Under the pieces are notes generated by a model. That model saw nothing but the letters and a program-made list of their open reading frames with translations, was not told the DNA's origin and searched no databases. 64,000 nt of DNA from an uncultured Planctomycetota bacterium (GTDB lineage Bacteria > Planctomycetota > Planctomycetia > Isosphaerales > Isosphaeraceae), in NCBI GenBank assembly GCA_963845755.1, contig CAWJTV010000033.1:519473-583472 (forward strand). The letters run 5' to 3'. Numbering within the stretch: the first letter of the stretch is position 1; each line of letters opens with the position of its first letter. The translations under genes were made by a program, and so were the position numbers. This document shows, piece by piece, positions 10,879 through 20,584 of this stretch.

Positions 10879-12160
10879 TGTGTTGGTTCAGCGTGAATGG
10901 GACAAACGACGTTGCTCGCTAAGCGAGACGGTGAAAACAAAAACTGTGGATGGATTTATCGCGTTCCGGCCAATCCCGGAATGCCGAGGGGCGGCATCCT
11001 GCCGCCCACCCCGGTCTTGGCATCTGGGTCGGCGCTCAGGTCGCGTCCCCGCGTTGCCCTATCCTCCGCCCAGATCCTTGGAGTGTACCCCAGGTCAGGG
11101 CGCGGGGCAAATCCCTCCTCTGTCGGTCGGGGACCGATGTTCCGGCGAGTCGCTCGCCGGGCCTGGGCCGCCGCCAGCTTCCCGCGCCGGTCGGTCCAGA
11201 TCTGCTCCGCTCGACCCGCCAACTTGTCGGCCGGCGTCACGTATCCGATGGCGCTATGCAGTCGGACCGCGTTGTAGTGCGCCACGAACTCCGCGACCAA
11301 CCGCCGAGCATCCTCCAAGCTCAACGGCGTCTTGACGCGGATGCACTCGCCTTTCAGGGTCTTGAACCATCGCTCCATCTTGCCGTTGCTCTGCGGATAG
11401 TAGAGAGATGTTTTTACATTAATTATACTATATATATGGATTAACGCCTTGAAATCCTTGGCGATGAACTGAGGGCCATTGTCGGAGATGATCCGGGGCC
11501 GCTCGCAGGGATACGACTCGCGACCTCGCTGGATGATGATCTCCACCTCGGCCTCCGTCATGGTCTCGCGGATCTCCCAGTGGATGATCGACCGGCTGTA
11601 GCCGTCGAGGGTACTGCACAAGAAGAAGAATGTCCCACAGATGTTGATGTAGGAAACGTCGATGTGCCAGTGCTCGTGAGGCCGCAGCGGCTGCTCGAAG
11701 CCTTGCCCCTTCCGGGACGGCCCCGCCGCTCGGGCAGCCAGCTTGCCGGCCGCCTTGAGCACGCGGTAGACGCTCGAGGGGCTGACGGCCACGATGTCGG
11801 AGTCCCGCATCATGTACGCCAGTCGCCGATAGCCCTCCAGGGGATAAGTGTCGCGGAAGGCGATGATCTTGGCCTTCTCCCAATCCTCCAGCCAGATATC
11901 GCGAGGGATGCGGCCGTTGTGACGGTTGGGTGTCCCCAGCCGCCGGCTCCAGCGATCGAACTTGCTTCGCGCCATCCCCAGCCATCGCACCAACCGCCAG
12001 ACCGGCAACTCGGTGCGGCTGGCCCAGTGGTTGATGAACTGGACGACGGCATCGCGGACGGGCTGGGGAGCCCAGGCTCCGTTCAGAGCTCCCCAAGCTC
12101 TTTTTTTAGTTGGATATGTTCCTCCATGAGTTCCGAGAGAACCTCGTGCTTGCGCTGGAG
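10879..12160 (-). mobile_element. IS3-family element, 5'-truncated (only ~25 C-terminal codons of OrfA remain)
   Basis: Integrase core (HWHIDVSY, ISDNGPQF, PQSNGKMERW). OrfA tail LQRKHEVLSELMEEHIQLKKELGEL* carries an A7G slippery motif near 12100-12108. A putative terminal IR TGTGTTGGTTCAGCGTGAA starts at 10879; no matching opposite end was found. Confidence 0.8.
10956..12096 (-). CDS. IS3-family transposase OrfB (DDE integrase core)
   Basis: rve-type D..D..E motifs, GYRRLAY HTH-like region, HYNAVRLHSAIGYVTP. Confidence 0.85.
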
Positions 12161-12190
12161 CCCCGTAGGTTGACTCCAACCGGCATGCGT

Positions 12191-12887
12191 TCAGGAGCCC
12201 GGTGGTGCGCCGCCGCGGAGGGCCTCGAGCTCGTGCCGGAGCCGCTCCACTTCCGCTTCGGCGGCGGCGCGTGCGGCGATCTCGCGTTCCCACGCCTCGC
12301 GGATTTCTTGGGGCGTCGGCAGGTAGGCGCCACTCCGCGGGTCGTAGAACCGGAGCTCTCCGCCCGCGACCTCCAGGTGAAGGCCCAGCACCTCGCTGAC
12401 CAGCCGGCCTTCGGTCTTGGGGATCAGCTCGTACTGGCCATCGATCAGCCGATAACCGCACAAGGAGACCCCCGCCAGGGTCTTCTCTCGGGGATCGAAC
12501 AGAAAGTATTCCCGGACCTTGAGCACATCGCGGTAGAGGTTAAACTTCCAGCGCTGGTTCAACGCGCGCGGTGCTCTTGGAAGTCACCTCGATCACCGCG
12601 TCCGGCCCCTTCCCTTCCACCCAGAGCTTGTAAACGTCCCGTTCCGGAAGCTTCGCAATGCCGCGGGTCAGGAACACGTCGGGCGAAACACTCTTGTCGG
12701 CGTTCCCTTCGCCGTAGTACATCATCATGTTGCCCGAGACGTACACGTCCGGATCAGACGCGAAATAGGCTTTCAAGATCGCGATCGAGTCGCTCATCAC
12801 ATCGCGATGGATGGGGGTTTCCGCCATGGGCTCACCGTCCGAGGAGGGGTATTCGATTTCGGATGGGGCTGCGGCGACCGTTGCCAT
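12191..12887 (-). CDS. Uma2/DUF820 family PD-(D/E)xK endonuclease-like protein (frameshift near 12560)
   Basis: YPSSDGEPMAET..H, VSPDVF, PDAVIEVTSKST, VREYFLFDP and a coiled-coil tail. Confidence 0.88.
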
Positions 12888-13164
12888 GAGATGGACTCCG
12901 AGGAATCGGAGGGAATGTCAGCGATGTCTGAGAATGATCCCGCCCTCTATTGTATTCCCCGGTAGCGGGAGGCGTCGAGCCGGTCTCAAGTGCCGCGGGA
13001 CAAGGGACTTCCGAGCGCGCTGTTGCGATCCGGCGAGATTCGTCGAACGTCCCCGACGGTCCGCTCCCACTCTAATCTTACCCCTTCAAGATTTCCCAGA
13101 TTTTTTTATCCTCCGCAGCCATAAAAGCTTACGCTGACGAATTCGCCGAAAACCCGCGCGATGC

Positions 13165-13194
13165 TTTAACGAATTCGAAAAGTTGTGTTATACT
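13165..13194 (+). promoter_or_regulatory. putative sigma70 promoter (TTTAAC-18-TATACT with extended TG)
   Basis: AT-rich island tttaac gaattcgaaaagttgtgt tatact within GC-rich DNA. Confidence 0.5.
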
Positions 13195-13598
13195 AATAGT
13201 AAGGAATACCAGAGCCGGTCGCGGTACCTCCCCGGATATCCGAGCGCAGACCCTAATGAGTCGATTGATCCTGCCGGTTGACGGACACGTCTCAAATCCT
13301 TTCGGGCCATACGGATCGGGAACGGGACCGCGTCAAAAAGCGGCCAATTAGTGCCACACCACACCAAACTCACCGTCGCGGCCGTACAGACACAAGTCTA
13401 GACTACGATGAAACTTGCGGCCGGCTGTCGCCCAAGAAGGCAACCCCATCGCATCGACCGACGGTGCCATTTCGCTTTCGAGTAGCAGCGTTCAGCGTGG
13501 AACCCTGTATAATCAGTCGCGAGGGACTGCGGCCCTGAGCGGGTCCTGGACGCACGACGTTGGACCGAGAATCGACTCTCATTTGCTAACAGACACCT

Positions 13599-14786
13599 AT
13601 GATCATTCCCGACCTGATCGGTGATCGAGCGTCATCGGTCGCCTTAAGCCCATCGGAAATCCAACGATACGCGCGGCACCTGATCATGCCCGAGGTGGCC
13701 ATGACCGGGCAGAAGCGGTTGAAGGCCGCCAAGGTGCTGTGTATCGGCACCGGCGGGCTGGGCTCGCCGCTGTCGCTGTACCTGGCCGCGGCGGGCGTTG
13801 GCACGCTCGGCCTGGCGGATTTCGACGTCGTGGACGTCTCGAATCTCCAGCGCCAGGTGATCCACTTCTCATCGGACGTCGGCCGGCCCAAGATCGACAG
13901 CGCCGAGGAGAAGCTCCGGGCGATCAACCCGGGCCTGGACGTCCGTCGCCACGAGCACACAATCGACAGCTCCAATGCGCTGGAGATTTTCGCCGACTAC
14001 GATGTGATCGTGGATGGGACGGATAATTTCCCCACGCGATACCTGGTCAACGACGCCTGCGTGCTGCTCGGGAAGCCCAACGTCTACGGCTCGATCTTCC
14101 GGTTCGACGGTCAGGCGACCGTCTTCTTCGCGCCGCACGGCCCGTGCTACCGATGCCTCTACCCCGAACCACCGCCCCCGGACCTGGTGCCCAACTGCGC
14201 CGAGGGCGGCGTGCTGGGGATCCTGCCCGGCCTGATCGGCGTGGTCCAGGCGACCGAGACCGTCAAGCTGATCCTGGGCACAGGGGCACCGCTCATCGGC
14301 CGGCTGTTACTCTACGACGCGCTCGACATGACCTTCCGCGAGATGAAGGTCCGCAAGAATCCCCGGTGCCCCATCTGTGGGACGAATCCCACCATTCGCG
14401 AGCTCATCGACTACCAGGAGTTCTGCGGCGTCCGCGGTGCCGAACCCCCGGCGGCCGCGAGCACATCGGATGACGAGATCACCCCGCGAGAGCTCAAGGC
14501 CCTGCTCGATCGGGGCCAGCGGCCGATCATTCTGGACGTGCGCAACCCCGAGGAGATCGCCATCTGCCGGATCGCCGGCTCGACCATCATTCCCTTGCCC
14601 GAGTTGCCGGGCCGTCTCGGGGAGCTGGAGTCGGGCCGCCCGATGGTCGTGCACTGCAAGAGCGGCGTCCGCAGCGCCAAGGCGATCGCCATCCTCCAGG
14701 CCGCCGGCTTCTCGCGGCTGAAGAACCTCGCCGGGGGTATCCTCGCCTGGATCGACGAGGTCAACCCCAGCCTGCCGAGATATTGA
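13599..14786 (+). CDS. moeB: MoeB/MoeZ-type adenylyltransferase/sulfurtransferase with C-terminal rhodanese
   Basis: RYARHL, GTGGLGSP, SNLQRQ, DGTDNF, CYRC and CPIC zinc motifs, rhodanese HCKSGVRS. A TGTATAAT -10 lies near 13505. Confidence 0.92.
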   Translation: MIIPDLIGDRASSVALSPSEIQRYARHLIMPEVAMTGQKRLKAAKVLCIGTGGLGSPLSLYLAAAGVGTLGLADFDVVDVSNLQRQVIHFSSDVGRPKIDSAEEKLRAINPGLDVRRHEHTIDSSNALEIFADYDVIVDGTDNFPTRYLVNDACVLLGKPNVYGSIFRFDGQATVFFAPHGPCYRCLYPEPPPPDLVPNCAEGGVLGILPGLIGVVQATETVKLILGTGAPLIGRLLLYDALDMTFREMKVRKNPRCPICGTNPTIRELIDYQEFCGVRGAEPPAAASTSDDEITPRELKALLDRGQRPIILDVRNPEEIAICRIAGSTIIPLPELPGRLGELESGRPMVVHCKSGVRSAKAIAILQAAGFSRLKNLAGGILAWIDEVNPSLPRY

Positions 14787-14789
14787 ATC

Positions 14790-15467
14790 TCACGTCGGAT
14801 TGATGCGCGTCGTGTTCTTATCCTGTTCCAGGCGCATGTGATGCCAGATCAAGTCCATGAGGCGCCGAGGCTCTTCAATCCCCAGCAGAAGAGCCTTCGG
14901 AAGAGTGTGTTCGGAGGAAATCACAACCACGTTGCCGATGCCGAGCCAGTCTCCGATCATGCTCACCTGGATGTAGACATCCTTGATGCGAAGCAGCTCG
15001 ACCTGATCGACCCGGCGATGGAAGAACCCGGTTGTGACGAAGAGGCGCCGGGTCGTCAGCCGGTAATGATGTCCGCGATAGGCCCGAAGGTAGCGATATC
15101 CGAGGTGCAACCAGTAGCCCAGTACCACGATGCTGAGGACAGTCATCCAGAACGACCATCCGCCTGAATTGGTGGTAAACCAGGTTCGGAAGGCCAGGGT
15201 GAGCCAGACCAGGACGAGCAATCCGCCGAAGAGCATTCGTCCCAGGAAGTTCTTGGGGGAATAATGGCCTTCGCAGACCGTCTGCTCTCCCTCAATGCCG
15301 GGCTCGGCGGCCTCCGAAGCGTGAGCCGTCCCGTTTCCTGTGGAGAACGTCTGCACGATCCCGTCGGGCGCCGCGGGCGAAACCATGACGGATCCCTCGG
15401 AAACAGGTTCAGACTGCGTGGGCATTTCGGTCATCGGTTCATTGGTTAGCATCACTTTGAGCTCCAT
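14790..15467 (-). CDS. membrane protein with bacterial PH domain (bPH_2-like); start uncertain
   Basis: Two hydrophobic helices, then YRLTTRRLFVTTGFFHRRVDQVELLRIKDV...GIGNVVV. Confidence 0.75.
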   Translation of the reverse strand: MELKVMLTNEPMTEMPTQSEPVSEGSVMVSPAAPDGIVQTFSTGNGTAHASEAAEPGIEGEQTVCEGHYSPKNFLGRMLFGGLLVLVWLTLAFRTWFTTNSGGWSFWMTVLSIVVLGYWLHLGYRYLRAYRGHHYRLTTRRLFVTTGFFHRRVDQVELLRIKDVYIQVSMIGDWLGIGNVVVISSEHTLPKALLLGIEEPRRLMDLIWHHMRLEQDKNTTRINPT

Positions 15468-15745
15468 CGTCCTCAAGACCGCGGATCCAGCCGAGGATTC
15501 CTGGGTATGTCGTTCTCTCCGAGACCGAGTCAAGGTGCAAATCTGGGGCCAATCAGAGTGGACCGAGTGCGGCGCGAGTGGCACGAGTCGGTCAATCGTC
15601 TTGGCGTACCGACTCTTATCGGAGATACTAAGCTACCTTTAGAGCAGAGCGGACGATCGCCGGGTGTCCGACCCGGCGTTGCGGGCGAGTGGGGCTCTCG
15701 AGATGGTCGGGGCCCTGGCTCCGCGAATCGACGCACGCGGGGAGT

Positions 15746-17894
15746 ATGACCATGGTTGGTCGAACGCAGTTGATCGACAAGCTCCGTGAGCTGGCAAGGA
15801 ACCTCTGGTGGACCTGGCAGCCGAGCGTCATCGCCCTGTTTCGGGAGCTGGACCCGGCCCTGTGGCGCAAGGTCGACCACAATCCGGTCGAGTTCCTCAA
15901 ACGGCTGCCGCCGGACCAACTGGAGCGCCGGGCCGCGGAGATGGCCCTCGACTCGCGGATCGACTATGCGTTCCGCCGGCTGACCGAGTACTTGAAGGAT
16001 ACGGACAGTTGGGGCGTGGTCCATGCCTCGATCCTGCGGGCGCGGCCGGTCGCCTACTTCTCCGCCGAGTTCGGGCTGCACGAGAGCCTGCCGATCTATT
16101 CCGGCGGCCTGGGCGTCCTGGCCGGCGACCATCTCAAGAGCGCCAGCGACCTGGGGATCCCCTTGATCGCCATCGGCCTGTTGTACGCCCAGGGCTACTT
16201 CCGCCAGTCCCTCGACGCCAACGGCTGGCAGCAGGAGCAATACCTGAACGTCAACACCGACCTGCTGCCGATCGAGAGCGTGGCCGATCGGGCCGGGCGG
16301 CCGCTACGGGTTGGAGTCGAGACGGCCACCGGCGTGCTGCACGCGCGGGTCTGGCGAGTGGGGGTCGGCCGGACGACGCTGTTGCTCCTGGATGCGAACG
16401 TGCCGGAGAACTCGGAGTCCGATCGGGAGCTGACGGCCCGGCTCTACGGCGGAGATGCACGTGTCCGGATCCGCCAGGAACTGCTCCTGGGGGTGGGCGG
16501 GGTCCGGGCCCTGCGTGCACTGGGGATCCATCCCTCGGTCTTGCACCTCAACGAGGGCCATAGCGCGTTCGCCACCCTGGAGATGACCCGATCGATCATG
16601 GAGGCGAGTGGCCTGCCGTTCGGCGAGGCCGTGCGCGAGATCTCGGGGATGACCGTCTTCACGACCCATACCCCCGTTGCCGCCGGCCACGACCGGTTCC
16701 CCGCGCCCCTGGTCGAGGAGCACCTGGGGAAGATCCGCGAGGCCATGAATCTGTCCTACGAGGATTTCCTGGGGCTCGGACGGGTCTACCCGGCCGACCA
16801 CAACGAGCCGTTCTGCATGACCGTGCTGGCCCTGAAGCTGTCGCGGTACGCCAACGGCGTCAGCGCCCTGCACGGCACGATCTCGCGACGGATGTGGCAG
16901 CCGCTGTATGTCAATACGCCCGAGGAGGGCGTACCGATCGGTCATATCACCAATGGTGTCCACGCCCAGAGCTGGGTGTCGCCCCAGATGCAACTCCTCT
17001 TCGACCGGCACCTGGGGACCGATTGGCCGCGGGATCAGCGGCTGGCCGCGACCTGGGAGGGCATCGAGACGGTCGAGGACGCCGAGTTGTTCGAGACCCA
17101 GCAGGTGCTCAAGGCCCGGATGATCAACTTCCTCCGCAATCGGCTGGCAGCCCAGGCCCGGAGGCGCCAGGAGCCCGACTCGGCGATCGAGCGGGCCATG
17201 GAAGCCCTGGACCTCAACGCCCTGACCATCGGCTTCGCCCGCCGCTTCGCCACCTATAAGCGCACGGCTTGGTCCTCCAGGACGTCGAGCGCCTGATCGA
17301 GATGGTCAACTCGACGGACCGGCCGATCCAGATCATCTTCGGAGGCAAGGCCCACCCGGAAGATCGCATGGGCAAGGAGCTGATCCAGAATATCGCCCGG
17401 CTGACCCACCAGGACCGATTCGCGCCCGGATCGTCTTCGTCGAGGACTACGATATGAACGTGGCGCGGCAGCTCGTTCAGGGGGTGGACGTCTGGCTGAA
17501 CAATCCGCGTCGGCCGCAAGAGGCCAGCGGGACCTCGGGTCAGAAGGCCGCACTCAACGGCACGCTGAATTTCTCGATCCTCGACGGATGGTGGGCCGAG
17601 GCGTATGATGGCACCAATGGCTTCGCCATCGGCATCGGCCAGACGCATGCGATCCCCTCGGTCCAGGATGAGCGGGACCACCAGGCCCTCGTCGAGACGC
17701 TGACCCAGGAGGTGATCCCGCTCTACTATAAGCGGGATGCCTCGGGGCTGCCCCGCGAGTGGATCGCTCGCCAGAAGAACGCCTTCCGGACGCTGGCCTG
17801 GCGGTTCAATGCCGACCGGATGGTGATGGACTACGTCCAGCACGGCTACCTGCCGGCGGCCGGCGGCTTGTCCTGCCAGATGCCCCGATCGTGA
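15746..17894 (+). CDS. glgP: alpha-glucan phosphorylase (frameshifts near 17262 and 17425)
   Basis: YSGGLGVLAGDHLKSASD, HLNEGH, FARRFATYKR and EASGTSGQKA (PLP lysine). Confidence 0.93.
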
Positions 17895-17923
17895 TCGAGG
17901 TCGAGGTGGCAGGTGGCGAGACT

Positions 17924-17987
17924 TTGTAGGGTGGGTGAAACCCACCAGGATCGGGCCACTTCTTCGTGGGTTTCACCCACCCTACAA
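17924..17987. repeat. GTAG-type REP doublet
   Basis: TTGTAGGGTGGGTGAAACCCAC...GTGGGTTTCACCCACCCTACAA. The same family occurs at 42339-44070, with a degenerate half near 26912-26950. Confidence 0.85.
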
Positions 17988-18019
17988 GATTCTCGGATAC
18001 TCCCTAAGTTGAACAGACC

Positions 18020-20026
18020 ATGAGTCAGTTTCAGGCATTGATCGGCGAGAAGCTCGGATCCTACCGGATCGACGCGGTGCTGGGCTCCGGCGCCATGGGG
18101 GTGGTCTACCGCGCGACCGACGAGAAGCGCGGGCGCCTCGCCGCCGTGAAGGTCGTCCACGGCGAGCTCTCCCAGGGTAAGAAGGTCCAGGATCGGTTCA
18201 AGCGCGAGTACGACATCCTCAACAAGTTCCGGCACCCCGCGATCGTCCGGAACCTGGCCTGGGGCAAGTTCCGCGGCACCTGGTATATCGCCATGGAGTT
18301 CGTCCAGGGCACGACCCTGGATCTGATCCTCCAGGAACGGGGAGCCCTGCCGTGGCGCGAGGTGGTCAACCTGGGGATCCAGGTCTGCGACGCCCTGCAC
18401 TACGCGCACGAGCGCGGAGTGGTCCATCGCGACCTGAAGCCGTCGAACCTGATGATCACGAGCGATGGGAAGGTCAAGCTGACCGACTTCGGGATCGCCA
18501 AAGACCTGGACAAGACGGCGTTGACGGCCACGGGCCGGACGCTGGGTACGGCGGCCTATATGGCCCCCGAGCAGATCCGTGGAACCCCGCCGGTCAGCCA
18601 CAAGACCGACCTGTACGCGCTGGGTATCGTCCTCTACCAGATGCTCGTCGGCAATCCCCCGTATGAGGGGACCTCGGCCATCGTGCTGATGCACTGCCAC
18701 ATGAACGAGGATCCCCGGCGACCCAGCGATAAGGTCCAGGAGATCCCCAAGGCGCTGGACGAGCTGGTGGTGGCCCTGATGGCCAAGGCGCCCGCCGACC
18801 GCCCGTTCGACGCCGCGGCGGTCGAGTTGACTCTGACCCAACTGCGCGACAAGGCGGAGCGCGGCGCCTCCATCGCCATGGTCTGGCCCACGCCGGGCTC
18901 CCCCGCCGCCAACCCGCCTCGTGCCGGTGCCACGACCGGTACCGGCGGTTCCCGGCCCGATTCGTCCCTCACAGATCGTCCCAGGCGGAAGCCGCGAAAG
19001 ACCGGGACCCTTGCGTCGCTGACATCCACGCTCTTCGGCATCCGGGCCCGAGCCGGCACGGACGAATCCGTATCACCCTTGCTGTCCCGGGGGGCCCTCG
19101 AAATCGTGGGCCTGGTCCTGGCCTTGGTGGCCGTCGGTGGCTTGATCCTCTACCTGGTCTGGCCCCTCAGCCAGGAGGCGCTCTACCACAAGGCCGAGGC
19201 CCTGATGGCCTCGAAATACCGCGTCAACTGGCTGACGGCCCGCGACGACTACCTCGACGCGCTCGACCGGCGGTTTCCCAACAATCCGTATCACGAGCAG
19301 ACCCGAAAATGGCGGGACAGGATTCTGCTGGATGAAGTGGAGGGTCGAGCCGCCGTCCTCGCCTCCCCCGGCGAATCTCGGCTCAGAGAACCCAAGAACA
19401 GGGCCGAGAACCTGTTCGTTGCCACCCACAACAGTGCGGCCGCCGAATCGAAACAACACCACGACCCGCTCGTCGTGACGCAGTGGAAAGGGCTGGCCAC
19501 CCAGCTCAACCCGGATGACCCCGAGGAACGCAAATGGTACTTGCTGGCCCTCGACCGCGCGGACCAGCTCGAGCATGCCATCCGGGATCGTCAACAATTC
19601 ATCGAGAAGCAATTGCAGATCGCCGACGAAGCCGCTCGCGCAGGCCATCCCGAGCAATCCGACGCGATTCGCAAGGAACTGATCGAACAGTACGGCGGCT
19701 ATCCCTATCTAAACGACCTGCTCCCGAACGTTCCGATGCCGGCCACGGTCCCGCCGCCGAAGGCCTCCGCGCCCTCGGCGCCCGTCCCCACCCCTGGCCC
19801 GGACTCGCCCCGAGCGGCGACGCCCCCTGCCCAGACCCCGGCGACAGGCTCCCCTCCGGCCCAGCCCGGCGCCCCGGACCGGGAGGCTCAACCCAAACCA
19901 TCCACTCCGGACGAACCGGCCAGGACCTCCGATTCTCAGGTTCTCCAGGAAGTCAACCAACAGTCCTTCAGCGAATTCCGTAGTTACGATTGGACTCTGA
20001 TTGACGGGCATGAGCCCGTCCGATAA
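18020..20026 (+). CDS. Hanks-type Ser/Thr protein kinase, one TM helix, Pro-rich tail
   Basis: GSGAMGVVY, AAVKV, HRDLKPSN, DFG, GTAAYMAPEQ; TM IVGLVLALVAVGGLILYLVW. Confidence 0.95.
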   Translation: MSQFQALIGEKLGSYRIDAVLGSGAMGVVYRATDEKRGRLAAVKVVHGELSQGKKVQDRFKREYDILNKFRHPAIVRNLAWGKFRGTWYIAMEFVQGTTLDLILQERGALPWREVVNLGIQVCDALHYAHERGVVHRDLKPSNLMITSDGKVKLTDFGIAKDLDKTALTATGRTLGTAAYMAPEQIRGTPPVSHKTDLYALGIVLYQMLVGNPPYEGTSAIVLMHCHMNEDPRRPSDKVQEIPKALDELVVALMAKAPADRPFDAAAVELTLTQLRDKAERGASIAMVWPTPGSPAANPPRAGATTGTGGSRPDSSLTDRPRRKPRKTGTLASLTSTLFGIRARAGTDESVSPLLSRGALEIVGLVLALVAVGGLILYLVWPLSQEALYHKAEALMASKYRVNWLTARDDYLDALDRRFPNNPYHEQTRKWRDRILLDEVEGRAAVLASPGESRLREPKNRAENLFVATHNSAAAESKQHHDPLVVTQWKGLATQLNPDDPEERKWYLLALDRADQLEHAIRDRQQFIEKQLQIADEAARAGHPEQSDAIRKELIEQYGGYPYLNDLLPNVPMPATVPPPKASAPSAPVPTPGPDSPRAATPPAQTPATGSPPAQPGAPDREAQPKPSTPDEPARTSDSQVLQEVNQQSFSEFRSYDWTLIDGHEPVR

Positions 20027-20119
20027 GGTGAATCTTCCCCTTCGTCCACCGAGGCGGCTCCTGTCCGTTCGCCTCGATCGTCCCCATGTTCCCGGCCGTT
20101 CCCGGCCTCGAGGATTCTG

Positions 20120-20419
20120 ATGCCTCAGTCTCAGTCACGCGTTCGCTTCATAGGAAGTCGTGAACTTCACCGAGATCTCCCGAAAGTGCTCGAGACTCTG
20201 GAAAACCCGGATGCCCGTTTTGTCTTGACCATTCACAGCAAGCCCAAGGCGGTGATCATCGGAGCCGAAGCCTTTCTGGACCTTCTGCGCAGCCCCGCCG
20301 CAGAAGATCGTCTCCTGGCCTTACAGCTCGGTGCCCTGGTTCAAGGGCTCGAGGCCTCGTCCAACGCAGCCGATAGCGCCGAAATCGACGTCCATCAGGA
20401 GGAATTGGTCGGGGTCTGA
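20120..20419 (+). CDS. Phd/YefM-like antitoxin-fold small protein (orphan)
   Basis: FIGSRELHRDLPKVLETL...FVLTIHSKPKAVII matches the Phd N-terminal pattern. Confidence 0.6.
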   Translation: MPQSQSRVRFIGSRELHRDLPKVLETLENPDARFVLTIHSKPKAVIIGAEAFLDLLRSPAAEDRLLALQLGALVQGLEASSNAADSAEIDVHQEELVGV

Positions 20420-20507
20420 TCCCGCCCGGTCTCCTTCACGCCAACGACAACTCCAATCGCATGCATGCCCCCAGGGTCCATCAGGAGCTTGGGGGTGTCG
20501 TGTTTTC

Positions 20508-20568
20508 GTAGGTCAGGATTTCCAGCCTGACGAACCGGGCATCTTCAGGCTCTCAGGCTCTGACCTAC
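20508..20568. repeat. GTAG-type REP-like palindrome (second family)
   Basis: GTAGGTCAGG..CCTGAC ... CTGACCTAC between convergent genes. Confidence 0.6.
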
Positions 20569-20584
20569 CTATCCGTCGGCCGGG

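Noticed and set aside
11401..11443. Inserted foreign fragment, promoter or att site
   Set aside because: Spacing between flanking integrase motifs appears unchanged and the frame is open, so it looks substitutional rather than inserted.
13500..13620. Moco or TPP riboswitch before moeB
   Set aside because: Conserved riboswitch cores could not be recognised by eye; an Rfam scan would be needed.
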